Below the pieces are notes generated by a model that worked only from the letters and a program-made list of their open reading frames with translations, was not told the DNA's origin and did not search any database. Positions 20,671-34,845 of a stretch of DNA of 64,000 bases are shown one piece after another. Made by a program: the position numbers and the translations under genes. The stretch is from assembly GCA_038087875.1 (NCBI GenBank), contig JAXLNO010003457.1, positions 1-64,000 on the forward strand, written 5' to 3'. The first letter of the stretch is position 1, and each line of letters begins with the position of its first letter. The stretch is from Malacoraja senta (Eukaryota).

Positions 20671-23354
20671 GTACAAGTATCTAACAAGCTTGCAGCAATT
20701 GTACACTGTCCAAATATTCACCATCCAAATAAAGCTTAAATCTTATAACTCCCTCTAACAGTGGAGTTATTCACAATTTGTTGGGCAAATTATTCAATAA
20801 CGCCAAAGAAATCAAAAGCAACATTATCACCCAATTATCTGACGTCTTTTAAAATTATATACCAGATATTTTAAAGAATTACCTACAAAGAACTAAATAT
20901 GTACAATTGGAAACAACCCGTCCTATTATTTTAATGCAATTGATCGTCAATCTCTTGATCAATATACAGTGTTTTAATTATTCTTTAAAATCAATTCAGT
21001 AAAATAATTCATGTATCTTTACATATATCCGGGCAGTACTTCAATAACAGTGATGGGCCAAAGGATTGTGTCCCCATCCCCCATGAATGATGTAAAAATG
21101 TATGGACAATACATAAACACACATTGTAATTATCATACAAGACAAGCTTAGTCAGCATTCATATTCAAAGTATGCTTCAGTACTCAACAGAGGAGGATTA
21201 ACGGAAAAGTGTTCCGCCCGCTACCTAAGCGCTATAAGCAAATAATAATTATATTATATACTAATTATATACACTGCAAATACCGACAGCTAAAAAAATA
21301 CACAGCAACAATTTTAAAACTATTCCGCATTTTCACCTATTTGTTTCCCCCTAAATATTGCAAAAAATGTTTGTGGGAACAATGAAGGATGAGCTCAAGG
21401 TGCTTCATCTAACTCAAGATTGTCAATGTATCAAACATATTCAGAGCTCTATTACGTATCAATCCCATCGCTGATCCCAATTGCACATCCATAATCCACC
21501 AAACCCGCATCACTGTATTCATTTACCGAAAATCTTTTGCACAAAAATAACTACATGACTATTTTAAGGGACCATTAATACTCCCACACTACTTCATTTT
21601 ACTGCACACCAAATGCCAAACAACAACCGTGTTTACTAATACCGAAGTCGCTTACAGTAAATTATACCTTTAATGCAAACAACCCTTTTTCTGCACTTCA
21701 TGACTATGCAACAGTTCATTACATGATTCGCTTTACTGTAATCCATTACCTGATCCCTAATGTTGTACCCAACTTCATTCCAAATCTCCTTTGCTGCAAT
21801 CCTTTACAACAGATGGGCATTACCGCAAGCAATTGCCATTTCGTGCCCTCCTTACTATTCACCATTACCTCGCCAAATCCTGCTTATTGTCCCCGGTGCG
21901 TCAGATCACTTTCACTGCATTAGACTCTCATTATTGTGCCAGATACCTATTATCTGTGAGTGCGTTTATTTTTGAGTTATTTTTCACTCTTATCCCGTTT
22001 CAATTCCCAGCAGAAGTTGCGGATCACCCAGTGTCAAATGACCAGGTCATACTCACGAACATGGTACAACAGTATTTATTGAAAGGCACTCATAACATGC
22101 TGCAGCATGTTGCTTCAGCTGTGTTGCCGTGTAGATTAAATGCGATAATATGAACAGTGTAGTAGGCGGAGCTTCTAGTAATAAAGCACTACATTGGTTA
22201 GTAAGTGAAGTAACCAATCTACATCTTTCCTTGCAGAAATAAAAGTGGTGCACATCTAAATCTAGGTGACCTATAAGAATAAACACACCACTACGTGATG
22301 ACTGAATAATATAGATCCGCGTCTGCTCCCTTCTGTGGGTAAATAACCGGGGACCCATGCGGCGAGAGCACTGGAGACCTGGGGGGTGAACACGGCGAAG
22401 CTGGCGAGTGCGGCACCGAACGTTGTGGTGAGGGCATAGCTGGTCTGCAGCAGCAGAGCATGAGGGAAGAGACAGTCCGACAGTAGAAGGGTAGATCGGA
22501 CGCGTGGCCTCTGGATACGAGACCACAGGACGTGGTTCCTACACAGGAAGGACATGTTGACGGTTGCTTGTGGTATTCTTGAACAAACTAGCGTATTCCA
22601 GCCAATCTATACCCAGTTTATCCAAGCTCAGTATCTTCTCGTAGCTCCTCATCCAAAACTTCAGGGAGAGACTCAGATACTTACACGCAGACACACCTGC
22701 TGATTGATTGCGCCACGAGGAGGATTTCTTAGAGTTCGTGATTTGAATTGTAATAAGTGGATATTTTTGTAGGTTAGAGTTCATTCCTTCTCCAACAAAA
22801 TGGGAAACCACGCCAATGAAGACATGACCGCTGACTCCGTCGGTCCTCTGCAATAAATATGGAGTGAATTTCCAAAGGGAAATTGTTTTTTATTTTTTTA
22901 ATATCATTTTTATTTATTAGAAGCAGTGTACAAAAATATAACCAGCGGCATATGACATAATACATTTATTGTACAGCTTCAATTTCAATTTTTAGCTATA
23001 GCTAAGAGAAAAGAAGAGAGAAAAAGCAAGAGAGAGAAAAAGTGGATGTGCAAGGATAGAACCCCTAGACTACCAAATTGGTGTAGCCAAAGAGTGAGTA
23101 AGTAAAATAAATAAGGAAGACATAGAGAGTGGTGAATCTGTGGAATTCTCTGCCACAGAAAGTAGTTGAGGCCAGTTCATTGGCTATATTTAAGAGGGAG
23201 TTAGATGTGGCCCTTGTGTCTAAAGGGATCTGGAGGTATGGAGAGAAGGCAGGTACAGGATACTGAGTTGGATGATCAGCCATGATCATATTGAATGGCG
23301 GTGCAGGCTCGAAGGGCCGAATGGCCTACTCCTGCACCTATTGTCTATGTTTCT

Positions 23355-24722
23355 ATACCTAGACCAGGTTGCCTCAAGGATTTGTCAACTCGCCTACATT
23401 GTTTTCCAGGTGTCTGCAGGATCAGCTAAGTACATTAAAGTTTAAAATGAATTCCACATTGGTGCAGTATGTTGATGACCTATTGGTAGCAAGTAAGGAT
23501 GAATCCAGTAATCGGGAAGACTCTGCACAATTACTGAATCATCTAGCCGATCTAGGATATGTGGTTTCCCCATCTAAGGTATTAGTAGCTCAGGAGAAAG
23601 TAACATTTCTAGGGATTATAATTTCGGCCACCGAAAGAAGTCTTGAGAAGAGCAGACTCTAACCTATTTGTCAATTTCCAGTTCCAAAAGAAGCCAAACA
23701 AGTGAGGCAATGGCTTGGCATGGTCAATTATTGCAGACCCTGGATTCCAAATATAGCTCTAGAGACCAAGGAGCTAACACCCTATACCAGCAAGGAGGGT
23801 GAATTTAAAGTGACATGAGAGGCACAGGAAGGATTTGATGACTTGAAAAGATCATTGATGCGAGTCCCGCCATTGGGAAGGCCATTATACGATCGTCCCT
23901 TCCAGCTGCATTGTACAATTCTATCTGATTGTGCAACTTCAGTATTAATGCAAAAGCATGGGGATAGACATAGGCCAGTTGCATACTACTCCTCTAAATT
24001 AGACCAAGTACTCAAATCTCAGTACTCAGTAGATTTGCACTCAAATCTTAACTGCAATCTACAATAGTTTACAATCGGCTGCTAATTTGACACTCCAGCA
24101 GCAAATTGTAGTGTACAGTTCACATTCGGTATCGGCATTGTTGGGGCAGCTTCAAACCCAGCATTTGACAATGGCCTGCCGAAATAAGTATGAGATCTAC
24201 CTGCTAAACAATCTGAAATTACAGTTCAAGCACTGTACATTAATTAACCCAGCCTCTTTTCTTATTTCACCCCCAGAAGAGCGAGCAGAAGCAGGACACG
24301 ACTGTCTATTTGTTACAGAGGAGGAAAAATCAGTGAGAGAGGACTTGAGGGATGTACCCAGGGAAAACCCTGACATCACATTATATGTGGACGGTAGTGC
24401 ATTCATTGGACCGCGAGGTGAGAGGTTGTCTGGGTATGCAATTATTAATCAAAGAATGGAAATTGTAGAAGCAGCTGCTTTTGAATGACCATATTCAGCA
24501 CTACAATCTGAATTATTCACTTTAATTAGGGCGTATTATTGGGGAAGATCTGAAAGTAAGCATTTACACTGATTCTCGATATGCATTTGGAGTGGTGCAT
24601 GATTTCGGACAATTATGGAAAAATAGAGGATTTCTAACTTCTGCCGGAACCCAAATATCACACGAACAATTGGTGATAAATTTATTGAAGGCCTCAATGC
24701 TACCCAGACAAATCTCCGTAAT
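23355..24722 (+). mobile_element. Decayed class I (epsilon/gamma-like) endogenous retrovirus pol fragment: RT, tether, RNase H
   Basis: TRLPQGFVNSPTLF, LVQYVDDLLVAS, KVTFLG, RPVAYYSSKLD, LYVDGSAF, YTDSRYAFGVVHDFGQLWKNRGFLTS. In-frame stops present. Confidence 0.9.
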
Positions 24723-24723
24723 A

Positions 24724-25080
24724 AAATAATAATAATAATAATAATAATAAATTTTATTTATGGGCGCCTTTCAAGAGTCTCAAGGACACCTTACAAAATT
24801 TAACATATAGTGTAAAAACATGTAAGCGGAATGAAATAAATAGTAAAGACATCACCAGTACACAAATTAAAGACAGAATTCAATCCGAAAACAAAAATCA
24901 AAAACACAATATGAAAGAGAGAGCAGCGGCTGCTAAAACTAGCAAGCGTCCACCCCCCCCTTCCGGCAGCCATCTTGGACACAGAATAAAATAATCATTT
25001 ACACACAAAAATCATCCCCCCACAATGATTACCACTGTGGGGGTAGGCACAATGTCCAGTCCCCAACCCCAGTTCTCTGA
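24724..25080 (-). mobile_element. L2-type LINE/SINE 3' end with (TTA)n tail; copy ~44751-45107
   Basis: The minus strand ends gtgtccttgagactcttgaaaggcgcccataaataaaattt(att)n, resembling fish L2-type 3' tails. Confidence 0.55.
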
Positions 25081-25195
25081 GAGTCTGCACCAATGTGGAA
25101 TTCATTTTAAACTTTAATGTACTTAGCTGATCCTGCAGACACCTGGAAAACAATGTAGGCGAGTTGACAAATCCTTGAGGCAACCTGGTCCAGGT

Positions 25196-28100
25196 ATAGA
25201 AACATAGAAAATAGGTGCAGGAGTAGGCCATTCGGCCTTTCGAGCCTGCACCGCCATTCAATATGATCATGGCTGATCATCCAACTCAGTACCCTATACC
25301 CGCCTTCTCTCCATACCCCCTGATCCCATTAGCCACAAGGGCCACATCTAACTCCCTCTTAAATATAGCCAATGAACTGGCCTCAACTACCTTCTGTGGC
25401 AGAGAGTTCCAGAGATTCACCTGTGTGAAAAATGTTTTTCTCATCTCGGTCCTAAAGGATTTCCCCTTAACCTTTAAACTGTGACCCCTTGCCCTAGACT
25501 TCCCCAACATTGGGAACAATCTTCCTGCATCTAGCCTGTCCAACCCCTTAAGAATTTTGTAAGTTTCTATAAGATCCCCCCTCAATCTTCTAAATTCTAG
25601 CGAGTACAAGCCGAGTCTATCCAGTCTTTCTTCATATGAAAGTCCTGACATCCCAGGAATCAATCTGGTGAACCTTCTCTGTACTCCCTCTATGGCAAGA
25701 ATGTCTTTCCTCAGATTTGGAGACCAAAACTGTACGCAATACTCCAGGTGTGGTCTCACCAAGACCCTGTACAACTGCAGTAGAACCTCCCTGCTCCTAT
25801 ACTCAAATCCTTTTGCTATTAATGCTAACATACCATTCGCCTTCTTCACTGCCTGCTGCACCTGCATGCCTACTTTCAATGACTGGTGCACCATGACACC
25901 CAGGTCTCGTTGCATCTCCCCTTTTCCTAATCGGCCACCATTTAGATAATAGTCTACTTTCCTGTTTTTGCCACCAAAGTGGATAACCTCACATTTATCC
26001 ACATTATACTGCATCTGCCATGCATTTGCCCACTCACCCAGCCTATCCAAGTCACCTTGCAGCCTCCTAGCATCCTCCTCACAGCTAACACTGCCCCCCA
26101 GCTTCCTGTCATCCGCAAACTTGGAGATGTTGCATTCAATTCCCTCGTCCAAATCATTAATATATATTGTAAATAGCTGGGGTCCCAGCACTGAGCCTTG
26201 CGGTACCCCACTAGTCACTGCCTGCCATTCTGAAAAGGACCCGTTTACTCCTACTCTTTGCTTCCTGTTTGCCAGCGAGTTCTCTATCCACATCAATACT
26301 GAACCCCCAATACCGTGTGCTTTAAGTTTGTATACTAATCTCTTATGTGGGACCTTGTCGAAAGCCTTCTGAAAGTCCAGATATAACACATCCACTGGTT
26401 CTCCCTTATCCACTCTACTAGTTACATCCTCGAAAAATTCTATAAGATTCGTCAGACATGATTTATCTTTCATAAATCCATGCTGACTTTGTCCAATGAT
26501 TTCACCACTTTCCAAATGTGCTGCTATTCCATCTTTAATAACTGACTCTAGCAGTTTCCCCACTACCGATGTTAGACTAACTGGTCTGTAATTCCCCATT
26601 TTCTCTCTCCCTCACCTTTTAAAAAGGGGGGTTACATTAGCTACCCTCCAATCCTTAGGAACTACTCCAGAATCTAAGGAGTTTTGAAAAATTATCATTA
26701 ATGCATCCACTATTTCTGGGGCCACTTCCTTAATACTCTGGGATGCAGCCTATCTGGCCCTGGGGATTTATCGGCCTTTAATCCATTCAATTTACCTAAC
26801 ACCACTTCCCGGCTAACCTGGATTTCACTCAGTTCCTCTATCTCATTTGACCGGCGGTCCCCTGCTATTTCTGGCAGATTATTTATGTCTTCCTTAGTGG
26901 TTATTCAATTGGTCTGACATATCCTTGTTCCCCATGATCAATTCACCGGTTTCTGACTGCAAGGGACCTACATTTGTTTAAACTAATCTCTTTCTCTTCA
27001 CATATCTATAAAAACTTTTGCAGTCAGTTTTTATGTTCCCTGCCAGTTTTCTTTCATAATCTATTTTCCCTTTCCTAATTAATCCCTTTGTCCTCCTCTG
27101 CTGGACTCTGAATTTCTCCCAGTCCTCTAGTAGGCTGCTTTTTCTGGCTAATTTGTACGCTTCATCTTTTGTTTTGATACTATCCCTGATTTCCCTTGTT
27201 ATCCACGGATGCACTACCTTCCCTGATTTATTCTTTTGCCAAACTGGGATGAACAATTTTTGTAGTTCGTCCATGCAGTCTTTAAATGCCTTCCATTGCA
27301 TATCCACCGTCAACCCTTTAAGAATCAATTGCCAGTCAATCTTGGCCAATTCACGTTTCATACCCTCAAAGTTACCTTTCTTTAAGTTCAGAACCATTGT
27401 TTCTGAATTAACAATGTCACTCTCCATCCTAATGAAGAACTCAACCATATTATGGTCACTCTTGCTCAAGGGGCCACGCACAACAAGACTGCTAACTAAC
27501 CCTTCCTCATTACTCAATACCCTGTCTAGAATAGCCTGCTCTCTCGTTGGTTCCTCTACATGTTGGTTTAGAAAACTATCCCGCATACATTCCAAGAAAT
27601 CCTCTTCCTCAGCACCCTGCCAATTTGATTCACCCAATCTATATGTAGATTGAAGTCACCCATTATAACTGTTTTACCTTTGTTGCATGCATTTCTAATT
27701 TCCTGTTTGATGCCATCCCCAACTCCACTACTACTGTTAGGTGGCCTGTACACAACACCAACTAGCGTTTTCTGCCCCTTAGTGTTTCAGAGCTCTACCC
27801 ATATCGATTCCACATCCTCCAAGCTAATATCCTTCCTTTCCATTGCGTTAATCTCCTCTCTAACCAGCAACGCTACCCCACCTCCTTTTCCTTTCTGTCT
27901 ATCCCTCCTGAATATTGAATATCCCTGGATGTTCAGCTCCCAGCCTTGGTCTCCCTGGAGCCATGTCTCCGTGATCCCAACTATATCATAATCATTAATA
28001 GCTATCTGCACATTCAACTCATCCACCTTATTACGAATGCTCCTTGCATTGAGACACAAAGCCTTCAGGCTTGTTTTTACAACGCTCTTACCCCTTATAC

Positions 28101-29500
28101 AATTATGTTGAAAAGTGGCCCTTTTTGATTTTTGCCCTGGAATTGCCTGCCTGCCACGTTTACTTTTCACCATGCTACCTATTGCTTCTACCCTCATTTT
28201 ACACCCCTCTGTCTCTCTGCTCACACATTTAAGAAACCCACCACCTCTTATTCTCTGTTTATTATTTTTTTCTTCTTCCCCCCTACCTGTTGCATCTGAG
28301 TGCTTCCCTTCTCTGCCTCCTGCCTCACACACTGTCTACAAGCTTTCTCTATTTGAGTCCCTCCCCCCAACCGTTCTAGTTTAAAGTCTCCACCGTAGCC
28401 TTTGCAAATATCCCCGCCAGGATATTGATCCCCCTCGGGTTCAAGTGCAACCCGTCCTTTTTGTACAGGTCACACCTTCCCCAAAAGAGGTCCCAATGAT
28501 CCAGAAACTTGAATCCCTGCCCACTGCACCAGTCCTTCAGCCACGAATTTATCCTCCACCTCGCTCCATTCCTACTCTCACTGTCGCGTGGCACAGGCAG
28601 TAATCCTGAGATTGTTACCTTTGCGGTCCTTCTCCTTAACTCTCCTCCTAACTCCCTAAATTCTCCTTTCAGGACCTCTTCCCTTTTTCTACCTATGTCA
28701 TTGGTACCTATTTGTACCACGACCTCAGTCTCCTCTCCCTCCCATTTCAGGATATCTTGGACACGTTCAGACACATCCCGGACCCTGGCATCAGGGAGGC
28801 AAATTACCATCCGGGTCTCCTGACTGCGTCCACAGAATCGCCTATCTGACCCCCTAACTATAGAGTCCCCTATTACTACTGCCCTCCTCTTCTTTTCCTT
28901 ACCCTTCTGAGCAACAGGACCGGTCTCTGTACCGGAGGCCTGGCCGCTGTCGCTACCCCCAGATAGGCTGTCCCCCCCAACAGTACTCAAACAGGAGTAC
29001 TTATTGTCAAGGTGTACAGCCACTGGGGTACTCTCTAGTCCCTGCCTGTGCCCCTTGCCCCTCCTAACCGTGACCCACTTGCCTGCCTCCTGTGGTCTTG
29101 GAGTCACCACCTCTCTATAACTCCTCTCTATGACTTCCTAACTCTCCCTGACCAGACGGAGGTCATCGAGCTGCTGCACCAGGTTCCTAATACGGTCCCT
29201 CAGGAGCCCCATCTCGACACGCCTGCCGCAGATGTGGACGTCTGGATGGCTATCAGACTCCTTGACCTCCCACATCTGACATCCAGAACAGTAAACTGCC
29301 CTGGCCCTCATACTCCTCCTGTACCTAGGATACAATACAATACAATACAAGTACAATACAAAGTACAATCTGCTGGAAGAAATCTGCAGGGATCTGACTC
29401 CCAATCAACTGCTTCCTCTAGTCCGCTTCCACCAATCAGCGGCTTCCTCAAGCCCACTTGTTTTGGATTGTAAACTGCGAATGGAACGTTACCGATTTGG
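25196..29500 (-). mobile_element. Near full-length CR1 LINE (ORF1 zinc-finger/esterase, ORF2 broken by frameshifts and stops); 5' end approximate
   Basis: ORF1 MRARAVYCSGCQMW (ATG 29311) ... IGDSIVRG ... IGTND ... DGLHLN. ORF2 pieces at 27787-28332, 26978-27637 and 25286-26599. Confidence 0.93.
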
Positions 29501-29516
29501 GTTCCTCCTCCCTCAC

Positions 29517-29871
29517 CAACAGCTCCAACAGCTCCAACAGCTCCAACAGCTCCAACAGCTCCAACAGCTCCCGGCCTCTGTGGAACGAAGCCCCGCGATG
29601 GGGTTTTGTACTCACCGCCCGGACTTTACTCCTCCCACACCAACAGCTCCAACAGCTCCAACAGCTCCAACAGCTCCCGGCCTCTGTGGAACGAAGCCCC
29701 GCGATGGGATTTTGTACTCACCGCCCGGACTTTACTCCTCCCTCACCAACAGCTCCAACAGCTCCAACAGCTCCAACAGCTCCCGGCCTCTGTGGAACGA
29801 AGCCCCGCGATGGGGTTTTGTACTCACCGCCCGGACTTTACTCCTCCCACACCAACAGCTCCAACGGCTCC
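29517..29871. repeat. Compound VNTR: (CAACAGCTC)n nested in a 106-bp unit x3; unit 2 has (CAACAGCTC)12 and a single large unit (49544-49740)
   Basis: CCGGCCTCTG at 29571, 29677 and 29783. Confidence 0.9.
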
Positions 29872-32800
29872 CGGGTCTCTCTTCATGAGGCCATGTCTTC
29901 ATTGACGTGGTTTCCCATTTTGTTGGAGAAGGAAGGAACTCTAACCTACTCGCACCTCTTAACAATTTCCCTTTTAATTTTGAAATTAACAAATTCGTTT
30001 TTGGACAAATTTCAAATCAAAATGTTCCAGGACGCAGCCAATCACACTCACATGCGTTTCGAAGCCCATCTCCTATCCTCGATCTTAATCTGAATACATG
30101 TAAATGAATTCTAGGCACATGAGCAAAATTGAACACAAAAAGGAAATTAGTCCACTTATCAGAAGTATACCTAACCACACTCCTGCATAAATCAAAAACA
30201 TCCACTTATTACAATTCAAATCACGAACTCTAAGAAATCCTCCTCGTGGCGCAATCAATCAGCAGGTGTGTCTGCGTGTAAGTATCTGAGTCTCTCCCTG
30301 AAGTTTTAGATGAGGAACTACGAGAAGATACTGAGCTTGGATAAACTGGGTATAGATTGGCCGGAATACGCTAGTTTGTTCATGAATACCGCAAGCAACC
30401 GTCAACATCTCCTTCCTGTGTAGGAACCACGTCCCGTGCTCTCGTATCCAGAGGCCACGCGTCCGATCTACCCTTCTACTGTCGGACTGTCTCTTCCCTC
30501 ATGCTCGGCTGCTGCAGACCAGCTATGCCCTCACCACAACGTTCGGTGCCCCACTCGCCAGCTTCGCCGTGTTCACCCCCCAGGTCTCCAGTGCTCTCGC
30601 CGCATGGGTCCCCGGTTATTTACCCGGAGAAGGGAGCAGACGCGGATCTATATTATTCAGTCATCACATAGTGGTGTGTTTATTCTTATAGGTCACCTAC
30701 ATTTAGATGTGCACCACTTTTATTTCTACAAGGAAAGATGTAGATTGGTTACTTCACTTACTAATCAATGTAGTGCTTTATTACTAGAAGCTCCGCCTAC
30801 TACACTGTTCATATTATCGCATTTAATCTGCACGGCAACACAGCTGAAGCAACATGCTGCAGCATGTTATGAGTGCCTTTCAATAAATACTGTTGTACCA
30901 TGTTCGTGAGTATGACCTGGTCATTTGACACTGGGTGATCCGCAACTTCTGCTGGGAATTGAAACGGGATAAGAGTGAAAAATAACTCAAAAATAAACGT
31001 ACTCACAGATAATAGGTATCTGGCGCAATAATGAGAGTCTAATGCAGTGAAAGTGATCTGACGCACCGGGGACAATAAGCAGGATTTGGCGAGGTAATGG
31101 TGAATAGTAAGGAGGGCACGAAATGGCAATTGCTTGCGGTAATGCCCATCTGTTGTAAAGGATTGCAGCAAAGGAGATTTGGAATGAAGTTGGGTACAAC
31201 ATTAGGGATCAGGTAATGGATTACAGTAAAGCGAATCATGTAATGAACTGTTGCATAGTCATGAAGTGCAGAAAAAGGGTTGTTTGCATTAAAGGTATAA
31301 TTTACTGTAAGCGACTTCGGTATTAGTAAACACGGTTGTTGTTTGGCATTTGGTGTGCAGTAAAACGAAGTAGTGTGGGAGTATTAATGGTCCCTTAAAA
31401 TAGTCATGTAGTTATTTTTGTGCAAAAGATTTTCGGTAAATGAATACAGTGATGCGGGTTTGGTGGATTATGGATGTGCAATTGGGATCAGCGATGGGAT
31501 TGATACGTAATAGAGCTCTGAATATGTTTGATACATTGACAATCTTGAGTTAGATGAAGCACCTTGAGCTCATCCTTCATTGTTCCCACAAACATTTTTT
31601 GCAATATTTAGGGGGAAACAAATAGGTGAAAATGCGGAATAGTTTAAAAATTGTTGCTGTGTATTTTTTTAGCTGTCGGTATTTGCAGTGTATATAATTA
31701 GTATATAATATAATTATTATTTGCTTATAGCGCTTAGGTAGCGGGCGGAACACTTTTCCGTTAATCCTCCTCTGTTGAGTACTGAAGCATACTTTGAATA
31801 TGAATTCTGACTAAGCTTGTCTTGTATGATAATTACATTGTGTGTTTATGTATTGTCCATACATTTTTACATCATTCATGGGGGATGGGGACACAATCCT
31901 TTGGCCCATCACTGTTATTGAAGTACTGCCCGGATATATGTAAAGATACATGAATTATTTTACTGAATTCATTTTAAAGAATAATTAAAACACTGTATAT
32001 TGATCAAGAGATTGACGATCAATTGCATTAAAATAATAGGACTTGGGTTGTTTCCAATTGTACATATTTAGTTCTTTATAGGTAATTCTTTAAAATATCT
32101 GGTATATACTTTTAAAAGACAAGTCAGATAATTGAGTGATAATGTTGCTTTTGATTTCTTTGGCGTTATTGAATAATTTGCCCAACAAATTGTGAATAAC
32201 TCCACTGTTAGTGGGAGTTATAGGATTTAAGCTTTATTTGGATGGTGAATATTTGGACAGTGTACAATTGCTGCAAGCTTGTTAGATACTTGTACAAAGA
32301 TAGACACAAAAAGCTGGAGTAACTCAGCGAGACAGGCAGCATCTCTGGAGAGAAGGAATGGGTGACGTTTTGGGTCGAGACCCTTCTTCAGACTGATTTC
32401 AGGGGAGTGGGCAGGACAGAGATAGAATATAGTCACAGACATTAAGACTGGTGGGAAAACTGGAAAGGTGGAGGGGATGGAGGGAGAGGGAAAGCAAGGG
32501 CTACTTGAATTTAGATGTCAATGTTCATACCGCTGAGGTGTAAGCTGCCCAAGCGAAATATGAGGTGCTGTTCCTCCAATTTGCGCTGGGCCTCACTCTG
32601 ACAATGGAGGCCCAGGACAGAAAGGTCAGATTGGGAATGTGAGGGGGTATTAAAGTGCTGAGCAACGGGGAGATCAGGTAGGATAAGACGGACTGAGCGG
32701 AGGTGTTCAGTGAAACGATCGCCTTTCTACTCAGCCTTTGAAATGATATCAGGACCGCACCTTTCTGTTCGCCCATTGGTCTGGTCCAGTCAAATTACAG

Positions 32801-33459
32801 ATCAATCGACCCCGGCGTTCTCCCATTGCACCGACGTGAGTTTCTAAAAAGTATATTTTCATCATTCTTTATTTTATAAGTAATTATGTTTTCGATGCTA
32901 ACAGATTACTTGTAAAATAACCTCGCGTTGACTTCCGTTAAAATGAGGTCTGTCCCATAATGTGAAAGGGAAGAAGATACAAAGTGCTGGAGGCTGAGAT
33001 TATCCCATTGTTTATGAGACAGTTAGACAGGTACATGGATAGGACAGGTTTGGAGGGATATGGCCCAAGCGCAGGCAGGTGGGACTAGTGTTGCTGGGAC
33101 ATGCTGGCCGGTGTGGGCAGGTAGGGCCGAGGGGCCTGTTTCCACACGGTCACACTGTATGACTCAATATAAAATATTGTCGGATTTGTTCGGTTGGATC
33201 TTGGCCGCAATGATTGCCACGGACTCAGCTGAAGAGTCCAGAGCGTGCACGGTCCACACCTCACCTCTTGGGTCAAGCCAACCCCCCCCCCCCACAGTCC
33301 CCTCCCAACCCCGCCCCACAGTCGGAAGTGTAATCCCTCTATTTTTGGCAGGAATTGTGTCAGGACAAACGGGAATGCGGGCGGAGCAGAGGCTGTGATC
33401 CCAGTGAAATCGCCAACAAACCGCGCTGAATTGAAACAAGCGCCTGGAAACCAAGCGGA

Positions 33460-33838
33460 GAGCTGGCAGGTCTGTTTTTATTTCGTATTTCTCGGACTAC
33501 AATAAATAAAGACTGTCGGACTGTCGTCAAATGCAATTTTACACATAATCGCTATTAGGACAAATGTTACCAATTCTACTTGTTAAAGTGTTATAAACCC
33601 TCTCTTCAGTTTGTTACATAAATAAACTTTCATAAATATCTTTCTTTTATAAAGATATAGTTTAAACATAAATACATTTATGCAGAAATTAAATAAACAG
33701 TCATGATCCGTTGCGGTTCTACACAAGAGTCGCTGGTAAATGTCATTCTTCGTACCGGGAGAAACGGCGTCGTTTTCGGAGGAAAAGCTACTTTCGCGAA
33801 ACAAGAAGACGTCCAGAAAGTGTTCGGAGTCCGGTGTC
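33460..33838 (-). other. nppc: 3'UTR exon 3 of CNP-like copy 3
   Basis: Donor 34117/34116, acceptor 33839-33841, AATAAA 33482-33477. Confidence 0.72.
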
Positions 33839-34136
33839 CTATCAACACAAACAAGCGCCGGTTAGTGGGCCAGTAACAGGCAGGGTGGCCGAACGGCGGT
33901 GACACCCGGCAGTCGCTGCGTCAACTCGATTTCAGCACAAGCGGAGGATGAGAGGACATTAGCGGAACTTGTGTTGAATCAACTCGCTGCCTGAAACTCT
34001 CTTTGTTTCACGCACTCTCCTCTGAACAACCACAGGTTGCGGAGCGCCGCGTTTCTCGGTCCCAACAAACATTCGCAGTGAAATAAATGCCGGCATTGGG
34101 CGCAGCAGAAACTTACCGTGGCTGGGCGTGTGGTGT

Positions 34137-34845
34137 CTAACAGCCCAACTTGCTCATTGCGCCTATCTTGTCCATCCGCAATCGGAAACAACCCCTTTTC
34201 TTCGACCTGTTGCGGGGCTTGTTATTCTCCCGCCGGGGCCGGCGCTCGGGAACGGCGTTGCGGATAAGCCGCACTTTGCCCCACACATTCGTCATGTCAT
34301 CCCATCCTTCTGAGAGGGTTGTCCCCAGGGACTGTTCACCCGCTACATGTGCAGGATCCTGTCAAAGCAAGTGTTGTCACAGCGCGTTAAATCAGCTTAT
34401 TTATTCACCGCCTTACACTTCCAAATGTTTACACATAACGCATATATAGCTGAAATTGTCACCAAACTCGCCCGTGGTATTACACCTGATGTCATCTGGA
34501 ATATTGAAATAGAATGAGCGCAAAATGACGGGACAACGGTTGTAGAGCGACTCTGTGAACAAACAGCCCAAGCGTATCGCGTGCATTCTCACCGTTCATT
34601 CGGTACATTTATGCGCAGAGTTTGTGTCAGACAGAAAGTGTTAAGAAAGACCTACTTGCTACCCGTGACACAGTGAGTTATTCTCGCCGCTGTGGTAGTT
34701 AGTGCACACGGTGAAACGCGGGGCGCGGGGATGTGCAGATGAACACATTTCATCCGGTTACCTGGATCGACAGAGTCAAAGGTTTGGCCTCCGCGGAGAG
34801 TAGAAGCAGTAAGAGTCCGGACAGCACCAGCGAGCAGAGGAACAT
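34137..34845 (-). CDS. nppc: CNP-like prepropeptide, copy 3, join(34845..34762, 34358..34137), 101 aa: ...AEAKPLTLSIQ|DPAHVAGEQSLGTTLSEGWDDMTNVWGKVRLIRNAVPERRPRRENNKPRNRSKKRGCFRLRMDKIGAMSKLGC*
   Basis: Same exon lengths (84 + 222 nt), intact splice sites, 403-bp intron, intact ring. Confidence 0.95.

Larger units (their letters stand above)
6869..32723 (+). repeat. Tandem amplicon unit 1 (~25.9 kb including private L1 and CR1 insertions)
   Basis: Starts at tttctactcagcc, the same start as 32724 and 52048. Repeated ORFs are collinear, e.g. 25286 vs 45313 (offset 20027). Confidence 0.9.
20238..32723. repeat. Internal inverted repeat of unit 1: arms 20238-22826 and 29892-32723
   Basis: Mirrored ORFs (21791-22153+ vs 30809-31171-). 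Arm ends matched by eye. Confidence 0.9.

Noticed and set aside
29458-30093. PolyQ/L-, SNS- and ELL-repeat ORFs (also 49475-49962)
   Set aside because: Stop-free translations of the CAACAGCTC VNTR in several frames.
20238-32723. Internal inverted arms as terminal repeats of a giant transposon (Polinton/Teratorn-like) or as ERV LTRs
   Set aside because: No transposase, integrase or DNA polymerase inside, no TSD, arms end mid-Penelope fragment, and LTRs would be direct rather than inverted.
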